A stretch of DNA of 64,000 bases from Octopus bimaculoides (taxonomy: Eukaryota), in assembly GCF_001194135.2 (NCBI RefSeq), contig NC_068982.1, positions 84,130,219 through 84,194,218 of the forward strand, given 5' to 3'. A program made the translations under genes and the position numbers. Shown piece by piece: positions 1 to 9,997 of this stretch. How positions within the stretch are numbered: the first letter of the stretch is position 1; each line of letters opens with the position of its first letter. Under the pieces are notes generated by a model that saw nothing but the letters and a program-made list of their open reading frames with translations, did not search any database and was not told the origin of the DNA.

Positions 1-345
1 GTTCTTCCAGTCCTTCCAAGCCTGTTTCTTTTGTCTAATAGCCCTGTCTACCTCCTTGTTCCACCACCACGTTACTCTGGGTCGAGAGGGGACTTTACAC
101 CAGCCACAGATCTGGTCTGTGGCTCTCAACAGGTTGTCCCGCAGAAATCTCCAATTGTCTTCCACGTTGTATGATGCTATATCCCCTTCTATTTCGTCAA
201 ATGCTTCAAGTAACTTGTCTCTAAGTCTCTGTCCATTTGCAGGGTCTTTAAGTTTCCATACCCTTCTCCTCCAGGCCAGTCTACTTCTGGGCACCCATAT
301 TGCCTTGATCTCAAAGTCGCTAACTACTAATACTTGTACACAAAA
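1..345 (-). mobile_element. RTE-clade LINE fragment (EN-RT linker), main RTE family; continues off the window edge
   Basis: Sequence is collinear with 48850-49150 of the minus-strand RTE copy (e.g. gttcttccagtccttccaagcctg...gggtcgaga.ggg). Confidence 0.85.
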
Positions 346-374
346 TGCTTCACTGGCTAAGAATGTTATTAATG

Positions 375-715
375 ACATATCATCATCATCATCATCATAA
401 TTTTAACATCTATTGTCTGGCAAGCTGGGTGGCTGCACCAGACTCCAGTCTATTTTTGGCATGGTTTCTATGGCTGGATACCCTTCTTACTGCCAACCAC
501 TTTACAAAGTGTGCTGGATGCTTTTATGTGGCATTGCACAGGCACTTTTTCATGGCACTTCATGGGTGCTTTTATGTGACGCTGCACAGATGCTTTTACA
601 TGTCACTGGATGGGCACTTTTACGTGTTTCCACACAAGCACTTTTATGTGTCGCCACACAGGCACTTTTACATACTGCTTTTTATGTGACACTGTTACGA
701 ATGCTGTACACCACC
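375..715 (-). mobile_element. Degenerate RTE-type 3' end with (CAT)n tail and short tandem repeats
   Basis: (CAT)n at about 376-398, then ggcatggtttctatggctggatacccttc...gccaaccact matching the reverse complement of the RTE terminal ~150 nt, then repeated gcttttatgtg motifs. Confidence 0.6.
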
Positions 716-1149
716 AGAGGAATTGGTCTTAACATTTTTGTTGTGGGAGTGCCCAATATGTCCTTCCAATATGTATTTTAAAACAAAGAGAGAGAGAGAG
801 AGATTTCTAGCAGATACAGTAACCTCATAGGGATGTTTCCTTGTTGATGTGCTCAGCATTTAGTTGAAAGAGGAGATGAGGTATTTTAATTAGTAGGAAG
901 AAAAAAAACCCTTAAATATGCAGTAATTTTGATATAAAGTTGAGCGGAATAACACTGAAAGTTTAGAAAATTAATCCTTTCAAAAACTTGTTAGTTTTAT
1001 AGGGTTAAAAATATAGCTTATATTTATTCAGTTTTAGTCAGATAAGTGGAAAGATCTTAGCTTAGAGCATGTAACTTTCTCCATAAAGCCTGAGCACATA
1101 TTCTCCAATTAGATAAAAGGAAACAGCTAGTTTAAGTGTGGAATTTAGA

Positions 1150-1277
1150 GACATGGCACAAGGCCAGCATTCTCAAGAGAAAGGATAAATTGATTACATT
1201 GACCCCAGTGTTCAACTAGTACTTATTTTATTGACCCTGAGAGGATGAAAAGCAAAGTCAATCCCAACAGCATTTGT
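1150..1277 (+). mobile_element. SINE body/3' fragment
   Basis: gaccccagtgttcaactagtacttattttattgaccctgagaggatgaaaagcaaagtc matches the in-window copy at 24150-24220; a more decayed relative lies at about 2470-2570. Confidence 0.65.
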
Positions 1278-3535
1278 AAACCGAGATTTTCGTAATTGGC
1301 ATGAAAAACTATTTTTGAAGAAATATTAAAAAATGTCAATAAACTTGATAACTCCTGATTTCAGTGATTATATCATGGAACTATTACTATTACAAACTGG
1401 AGGAAAATAGTGAATATTATTGTAGTAAATTACTGTACATGTTGATATTAAGGACGGTCGTCGTGTTCAACGCACCCTTCATTTTCTCTAACTCATATCA
1501 GTTTGTTTGACACCCGAGGTGGTGGGGATAGAATATTTTTGGTGCAACGAAGAATTATGTTATTGTTAATTTTCATAATTGAATTTATAGAAAATGTCAA
1601 CCGAATATTTTCTATTACTTAGCCCACTCTCCCTATTATTATACCCACTAATCTTAAACAGCAATATCACACACTGATAGCCCAACAAATTCTTATAACT
1701 GATAAATTCATACCTTTTCACAGAACTAACACAAAGACGGACAACAAAAGCAATCATAAAATCAACATCAACAAAGAAATGAACAACACAAAAATAACAG
1801 TTAATTTCACTAGAAATATCCCTTTGACAAAGTTGCTGACCAAAAGAATTTTTTCACATCTGCGGTGACCAAATTAAAGTCTGGTGAAATGAAAGTGGTA
1901 CATTAAATACAAAGATCATCATTAGTGCTGTTATACTATCAATATATTCTTCATTTATAGAATGGTAATCACAATAAATATATTTAGAAAATATTTATTT
2001 AAAAATAGGAGTAACTCTTCATCGTGAAATAGGGTATAAGAATGTGTATTGGAAAATGCAAGAATGTTTAATTTGACAGTAACAGCTATAAAGAATAATT
2101 TATGAAGAGATGTTACAACGACTATCATTTTTAGTATTAAAATACGTACTAGTCATATACGACCTATATTATAAAATTATAATATGAAATTTTGAAGTTC
2201 ATGTTTATTCCTTGTCCATATATGCCTTATTACGGATCATTATAGTATGAGAATAGTGATTGTATCATCCCTAACAATGATATAATCCATTCAGGTTATA
2301 ACTTGTATTTTGATAAGGAAAATAATCTCCAGCTTTGAAATGCGAGCAATTATGCGGAGCAAACTTCTCACAAGTAACCTTCGAATATAAGATCAGTTCT
2401 GTTATTTGCGTTTCTGGAATAGAAATGATTGAAGAGAAGCAAAGAAACAAGTGGGGTCGAGTATACCTGTTTGGGATCAGGGTCAATATTTGAGGGGATT
2501 AGGTTGACTGAATCAATTCGAGTATTTATTTCATCCAGGAAGATGTAAAGTATCGAGAATCTCGACGAGATAAATGTAGAAAACTAAAGGATGAATATCT
2601 GTAACGAGAAGTTCACTACACACACACACATATATAAACATGCGACCTAGTTTACACGCTTAAAACAGCACATCTTCAGATCCATGAGCATATAATAAAA
2701 TAATACATAGCAGATTATAAAGAACATTGCTTTTCATTTTTTACCTGATTTAGTGGAGACGCTATAGGGGACCAAGGAGAATCGGTAGGGGACCACATGA
2801 TTATATTCTACAGATAAGGAAACACTTTCTTCGGCAGCCTATTCTTCGGGTGCAGATGAAAGACTACTTGTTTACATCTTCGACAAACCGGATATGATAT
2901 TTTAGATATCTGCACTTACGAAGGACAGTGATTCCTACATTTACTTTTGAATATTATTTTTGACAATTTGATAATTAAACTTTACCGAATTTATCTTTTA
3001 GAATACTAGGTATATTTTTCGGAAGCTTTAAATTACTTTTTCAATAAATGATTGTAATTTTCCTTACATGCTATTATATCCTATTCTCATTGTTCTTCAG
3101 TAAACATTCGACTGATTATTACAATCGTCAGAGTGAGTACGATGCGATATTTGTTCCAGCTCTGTGCATTCTGAGTTCAAATCGCGACGTGGTCAACTTT
3201 GCCCCTATATTCCTAAACTATCAATTAAAAAAATACCAGCTCAGTGTTGGTATAATCTTTTCTCATTGTCGTTGTCATAGTCTGGATACTCTACTGAATC
3301 AAGAGTATCCATGAGAGAACCTAAATCAAGTAACTATAACATGGTACATGCTAAGAAGTCATGCCGAATATACATAACAAAATAGTCAAAAGGATTGACA
3401 ATCATTAACCAAATCAATAGTAACTTCTCAAAAAAACTTTTATTTCAGCGTAACCGATCGTTCTGCAAGTGAAGGAATAGTGATAAAAAAAAATTGATGC
3501 TGATATCAACTATAATAAACTTCGGTACGTATTTA

Positions 3536-4583
3536 CAGACTGTCCTCATTTAACGACTACTCGGAGTTACGACGAACTTTACGAGCCGTCATTACATGTT
3601 TTACAAAATATAAAAACTTAAAAACTTTGACTATCGTATTGTGCGCCTTCGTGATTTCTGGAAGAACTACAACATCGCAGACTGCATCAAGAACATTTAT
3701 GCAAGTTGGGAGAAAGTGACTGGAAAATGTATGCAAGGTATATGGGAGGAACATGTCGGGAGTATAAATCGAAGAGTTGTGGACCTTGCTAATGAACTGA
3801 ATTTGGAAGTGGAAGTGAACGACATTCAAGAATTAGTGGAATATGAAGAGGGCGAGCTAACTACAGAAGATTTGATCGAATTGGAAGCATTGCAGCACCT
3901 GGAAGAAGAACAAGAAGAACGAAGAGAAGAAGTACAAAAGAAGTTCACCGTCAAGGGATTAGCGAGTGTTTTCTCGAAGATTAATTCTGCTATGCTAGAA
4001 CCTGAGGTGATGGATCCAAATTTTGAGCGATTTTCCAAGGTGGAAAGGCAGACAACTGAACTTTTCCGATGTTATCGAGAAATTTATGACGAAAAAAAGA
4101 AGATAGCAAAGCAAACAACACTGACGGGATTTTTCATGCATTTTGATGTCAAGAATGTGTTGCTTTTGTAATCTTTATCCAAAGTAAAACAAAGTTATTA
4201 TGTTTGAGTTTTCTTTAAACCTTTCCACCTTTCTATATAATCCTGTGAAAAGTTTATTAGGCATCATATGTACTAGGCCTGGAATCACAAACATTCTTAC
4301 GATGTCTGAGTTAGAATAATACAGTATCCATATCCTAACTTTTATGGTTTTCCTTGTGATAATCTTACTGTTACTTATTCATTTTTCAACAATTTATGTT
4401 AGTGATTCTTGGCCCTGTACTGCATATACTTTACACAGTACGGTATTCTGCTTTTATATGTACGTACAGTACACTATACCTATAAAAAAAAAATACGTAC
4501 CCTATGAATATTCGTTTAACGACGAATTTGCTTAACGACGGGGCTGTTGGAACGTAACTCGGTCGTTAAATGAGGACAGTCTA
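3536..4583 (+). mobile_element. Tigger/pogo (Tc1/mariner superfamily) internally deleted DNA transposon
   Basis: 22-bp TIRs CAGACTGTCCTCATTTAACGAC (3536-3557) and GTCGTTAAATGAGGACAGTCTA (4562-4583), 21/22 match, TA on both flanks; carries a Tigger1-like C-terminal ORF. Confidence 0.9.
3641..4171 (+). pseudogene. C-terminal fragment of Tigger1/TIGD1-like transposase
   Basis: LRDFWKNYNIADCI...EELTTEDLIEL...DPNFERF...YREIYDEKKK...QTTLTGFF resembles the Tigger transposase C-terminus; the HTH and DDE regions are absent. Confidence 0.8.
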
Positions 4584-6483
4584 TATGAATACAGAATTTT
4601 GTCAGTGAACAGGTCGCAGTCTCAAAGCGACGAAAATATTTTGACAAATTAAATTTAAATGTTGAAGTGAATCTAACGGATTTTGTGTGTTATTTTAAAT
4701 GGCTTATAAACACCTTCCACGCTGCAATTGTTTTCGTTCCAGCACACGATCTCAGATCAGGTCACTTGCTATGCAAGTGCATCTCCGTAATATATATATA
4801 TAATTTTAATTCAAATGAATTAGGTACTTAAGTTGACGCACCAGAATTTAGTATGGTATTATCTATACAGTTTCAAAATAAGCCACAGGATATCCAGAGG
4901 TAATGCAGTACGACCGTTTCAAGTGACTATTTAATTGAACAATGCAACCATTACATCAATTTAAATGCAGAACAATCCTTAGTTGCATAAATATATAGAA
5001 TTAAAATGAATTAAAACAGATGGACACATTAGTATAATTTTACCTAAAACCTCCAAGAAGGTTGGGAGATAGACAAAGAACATACTGTCTTCACTTCAGC
5101 TTAGAAGCTAAGGTATTAGCAAGAAAAATTTCTTAGAGATCTAGCTTGTCACTGCTTTGGGGGATCACCTTTAATTTATAGTCTTGTTTATCAAATCTTT
5201 GTATATCAAAAATCTAAGGCCAAGGAACAAGGAGCAGTGTCTGTTAGGAAATGGGCTGAGGGAGTCAACAGAAATCATAGTGGGTATAGTCATAAAACTA
5301 TCGAGATTCATTTGAAGCAATATAATGAGATTTGGTAAAGGAAATCTTAAATCAAGATGCTAACTGTCAATTAATGGGGGAAAGACTCTAGTAAACCAAT
5401 GATGATAATACAGGGGAAATTTTATCATGGGGTACTATAGTTGAATATTTTAAACAATATTGCTATATTGTATAAAGCTAAAATTTAAGGTTATCAAGAT
5501 TATTAAGAAGAATATTATTGCAAAAGGATAACATTTAAAAAAAATACTTTTGAGTATATACCAAATTTTACCACAACAGAGGGAGGAAAAGAAATTACAT
5601 AAAAATACTTTAATATTTATACATATTATATACTTAAATATTAACTTATCAGGTGGTGTCTATGAAGAATGATCATTGGCATTTACTGGTATTTAATAAA
5701 GGAGTACTGAGATGAAAGAACATGCTAACTATATATTAATTAAATTATAATCTAAGCAATTTATTTTAAGTTGTGAAGATACTGATATTGTTATATATAA
5801 GCAAAGTATGAATTTCTAGGGGTACAAAAATTAGGTTTATTTCATAAAGGCTATAATAAAATGATCAGGTAGGGTAGAACACCATAGAAAAGGAATAAAA
5901 TAGCTTAATCACTAAAACCATGATGAAGTATATATACCTTATTAACATCAATAGAGAAAATTTATAGAAAGTGTATAATAATTCAAGTATTTAAACTAAA
6001 AATTATTTATTTACTTATTTAGCTTGTATCTATAAAGACTGATACCTGGTATTAACTAAAGGAATATTGATATTATAGGAAAGGCTAACTATAAACTAAT
6101 TATAAACTAAGTGGTATACTATAGATTTTAAAAGTTTTAGTTCTTACACAACTCGACTCAACACTACCTAAGCATGTTCTTATATTTCATCTTTCATAAT
6201 CATATTATGAATATCCGAATGAGTTATGTGACACTGACTCCATATAGTCTTCTGTAACAATATACTATTCTTCTGATACTTTCTATTTGATGTATTCTTC
6301 TTTTGCACTGAGGAGAATGGTAATTAATATAATTTTTTCCATGTTTCTTACATGTTGGTGTTGCTATTCGAAATGATCATATGCATGAATTAAAATTTTA
6401 TAAAAACTTTTAACATCTCTTCTCCATCTTTAATTGTTTGTTGAGTTTATATAGGATACATGTTCTATAAATGCTCATAACAT

Positions 6484-8238
6484 AGAGGTAGGGGTCCACC
6501 AAGGTTCAGTCATCAGCCCCCTCCTATTTATCATAGTCCTCCAGGCAATAACACAGGAATTCAAGACAGGATGCCCCTGGGAGCTCCTCTATGCTGATGA
6601 CCTTGCTCTAATTGCTGAGTCACTATCAGAACTAGAGGAGAAGTTCCAGGTGTGGAAGCAAGGATTAGAATTGAAAGGCCTTAGAGTCAACCTAGCTAAA
6701 ACCAAAGTCCTAATAAGTAGGAAGGTAGACAAACCACACACCCGTTCAGGTAGATGGCCCTGCTCAACCTGTAGAAAAGGCGTAGGTAGAAACTCTATAA
6801 GATGTACCCAGTGTAAGCTATGGACACATAAAAGGTGCAGCAATATCAAAGGAAGGCTAACTAGCAAGATAGTTTTTGTATGTGCCAGATGCTCATGAGC
6901 AATAAACACTGAAAATGTGCAGAGAACAACTTCTGCCACATTCCAGTGAGAAAAACTAGAAGTAGTTGATAGCTTCCGTTACCTAGGTGGCCAAGTTAGT
7001 AGTGGGGTGGTGGTGCTGAAAGTGTAGCTGCTAGAATAAGAATAACCTGGGCAAAGTTCAGAGAGCTCTTACCTCTGCTGGTGACAAAGGGCCTCTTGCT
7101 CAGAGTAAAAGGCAGACTGTATGACGCATGTGTACTAACCACCATGCTACATACATAGCAGTGAAACATGGGCCGTGACTGCTGAGAATATGTGTAAGCT
7201 CACAAGAAACGAAGCCAGTATGCTCCGCTGGATGTGTAATGTCAGTGTTCATACTTGACAGAGTCTAAGTACCTTGAGAGAAAAGTTAGACCTAAGAAGC
7301 ATCAGTTGTGGTACGCAAGAGAGACGATTGCGCTGGTATGGTCATTTGGCAAGAATGGATGAGGATAGCTGTGTGAAAAAGTGCCACAGCCTAGCGGTTG
7401 AGGGTACCTGTGGAAGAGGTAGACCCAAGAAGACCTAGGATGAGGCGGTAAAGCACGACCTTCAAACATTACGCCTCACCGAGGCAATGACTTCTGACCG
7501 AGACCTTTGGAAATATGTTGTGCATGAGAAGACCCATCAAGCCAAATGAGAGCATAATCTTTGCCCTCTGCCAGAAGTGTAGCTAGCTCACTTATTCATA
7601 TCTTTACTTCATTGAACACTAAACTCTGCTTGCAAAGACCTGATGAGGCAAGTGAATTGAAATCGAAATTGAACCAAATTCGACGACTGGCACCCAAGCC
7701 AATATCTCCTTCATTGGACACTAAACTCTGCTTGCGAAGGCCTGTTGGGGCAAATGAAATGGAAACTGAACAAAATTCAATGACTGGCACACGTGCCAGT
7801 GGAGTGCTAACAGCACCATCAGAGCAGGATCACTGCCAGAGCAGCTGTCTTGCTTCCGTGCCAATGGCACGTAAAAAGCGCCATTTCTGCAGGATCGTTA
7901 CCAGTGTCGCCTTACTGGCACTTGTGCCGGTGGCACGTAAACAAAACATTCGAGCGAGGTTGTTGCCAGTGCCGCTGGACTGACTCCTGTGCAAGTGGCA
8001 TGTAAAAACACCATTTGAGCATGGCTGTTGCCAGTACCACCAGACTGGCCCTTGTACCGGTGGTACGTAAAAGCACCCACTACACTCTTGGAGTGGTTGG
8101 CATTAGGAAGGGCATCCAGCTGTAGAAACTCTGCCAGATCAGATTGGAGCCTGGTGCAGCCATCTGATTCGCCAGTCCTCAGTCAAATCGTCCAACCCAT
8201 GCTAGCATGGAAAGCGGACGTTAAACGATGATGATGAT
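6484..8238 (+). mobile_element. 5'-truncated RTE LINE (RT C-half with PHD insertion, 3' UTR, (GAT)n tail)
   Basis: Translates to GVHQGSVISPLLF...LLYADDLAL...KTKVL...YLG; ORF stop TGA at 7547-7549; ends gttaaacgatgatgatgat. Confidence 0.92.
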
Positions 8239-8939
8239 ATATATATATATATATATTAGGTCAAGTATGAAACATACATGATGAATTTTGACATTTGCTC
8301 ATTTTGCCCCAGTATTATATTTTGACAGTCCTTATTTTTTGTTAGAAAGTTGACATCTATTTCTTTATTCTAACTCATTTTGTGCTTTATAAAATATTTA
8401 TAAATCATTTTTTGCTATTTTTGTTTAGAGACGGATAAGTCGTAAATTCATACAGACAGCTCAGAATATTAATGGAGTATTTCATTTTAATGTTATTACA
8501 CAGCAGACAGTATCAAATTGGTTTGCAAATGAGCAATGCGGTCAGCTAGAAACAGAGGTGAATAATGACAAACTGAAAGTCACCGTCGAGTCAGATCCAT
8601 CTCAAAGTGCCTCAAATTTTGACATTTTCAAAAGTTTAAAATCTATATTAATGGGTAGGACCAATTTGATGAAAAAAACGAGCAGAGTTTGATAGCAAAC
8701 CCGTGTCATCATCATTTTTGTGCATGTGCATAAAATGGTGAAATTTTACACTTTGGGGCAAACTTTGTGAAATTGATGTCATGATTGCTAGTGTGCAAAA
8801 TGCCTAAATTTTGCTTGAGAAATAAAATGCTCTTAACTTATCAAAACCTGAAACAATGGGGAATTAAAATAATGAATTGAAATAATAAGTTTTAGCAAAT
8901 CAAAACAATTCGTATTGAAATGAAGAATTAGCAAATGCC

Positions 8940-9200
8940 AAATAGATAAGTTGTCTGTTTATGCCCATGAGACATTTTTCATCAAATTTCGGCATTTTTT
9001 ATCAAATTGATGTCACAATGGCTAATGTGAAAAATGCTGAAATTATATGATTTTGGAAAATCAATGCTGATTAAAAATCGATCTTTTAAAAATTCTAAGT
9101 GCATAAGTGACTGCATGGGCCCCACACACATGTCAAGTATCATCAAAGTCTGTTGGATAGTCTCGGAGGAGTTAAAATAACAACTTCGCAAACACACGAA
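8940..9200. mobile_element. Possible non-autonomous Helitron/HINE-like fragment
   Basis: catgtcaagtatcatcaaagtctgttggatagtctcggaggagtt resembles the 'aagtttcatcaaaatcgg' subterminal motif of Helitron-associated elements; termini not identified. Confidence 0.25.
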
Positions 9201-9204
9201 CTTG

Positions 9205-9761
9205 CCATCATTTTGGGTGTGACCGTTGCCAGTGCCGCCTGGTTGGCCTTCGTGGGATTTTCGAGCGAGATCGTTGCCAGTGCTCCTGGACTGGCTCTTG
9301 TGAAGGTGAGATCGTTGCAGGTGCCCCCTGGACTGGCTCATGTGCGGGCGACACATGAAATCTTTCGAGCGAGATCGTTGCCAGTGCCCCTGGACTGGCT
9401 CATGTGCGGGTGACACATGAGATGCACCGTTTTGGGCGTGACCATTGCCAGTGCCACTTGGCTGGCCTTCGTGGGATTTTCAAGCGAGATCGTTGCCAGT
9501 GCCCCTGGACTGGCTCTTGTGCGGGTGGCACATGAAATGCACCATTTTGAGCGTGGCCGTTGCCAGTACTGCCTGACTGGCCTTCATGCAGGTGACACGT
9601 AAAAGCACCCACTACACTCTCTGAGTGGTTGGCGTTAGGAAGGGCATCTAGCTGTAGAAACTCTGCCAAATCAGATTGGAGTAGCCATCTGGTTTCACCA
9701 GTCCTCAGTCAAATCGTCCAACCCATGCTAGCATGGAAAGCAGACGTTAAACGACGATTAT
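9205..9761 (+). mobile_element. RTE 3' UTR-only insertion with an expanded hairpin-repeat array
   Basis: Terminal 170 nt match 8070-8238; seven GCCAGT-N8-ACTGGC-type units lie upstream. Confidence 0.88.
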
Positions 9762-9810
9762 CAATATTAATTACATTTGATGGATATTTGTCCTCATCTT
9801 GTTTCTTGTT

Positions 9811-9856
9811 AACACAACGTTTTGGCTGATATACCCTCCAGCCTTCATCAGGTGTC
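9811..9856 (-). ncRNA. Minimal type I hammerhead ribozyme motif (this copy carries G12>A, probably inactive)
   Basis: Minus strand reads GACAC-CUGAUGA-A-GGCUG..CAGCC-[A]AA-ACGU-U-GUGUU: stem I GACAC/GUGUU, stem II GGCUG/CAGCC, palindromic ACGU stem III typical of dimer-forming PLE hammerheads. Confidence 0.75.
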
Positions 9857-9924
9857 TTGGGGAAATTTTGAACCTGGGTTCTCATTCCTAAGGTATTTTT
9901 CGTTGTCGTCATCGTTGTTATTCA

Positions 9925-9997
9925 GGTCACTGTCTAGAATCAAACTCGGAATGTTGGGGTTAGTAGCCCACGCTCTTAACCATTATGCCATATGCCC
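9925..9997 (-). promoter_or_regulatory. tRNA-derived Pol III internal promoter cassette inside the PLE 3' UTR
   Basis: 73-nt tRNA-like segment; A box TGGCATAATGG (9980-9990) matches TRGCNNARYGG; B-box-like GAGTTTGATTC (9937-9947); anticodon-loop-like CTACTAA. Stems are imperfect, so it is not a functional tRNA. Confidence 0.7.

Noticed and set aside
9205-9605. CRISPR-like appearance of palindromic repeats with variable loops next to an RT
   Set aside because: Eukaryotic LINE 3' UTR; units are degenerate and irregularly spaced, 'spacers' are mutually homologous, and there are no cas genes.
9925-9997. Possible genuine tRNA gene
   Set aside because: Acceptor and T stems pair poorly and it is embedded in a retroelement UTR; treated as a tRNA-derived promoter.
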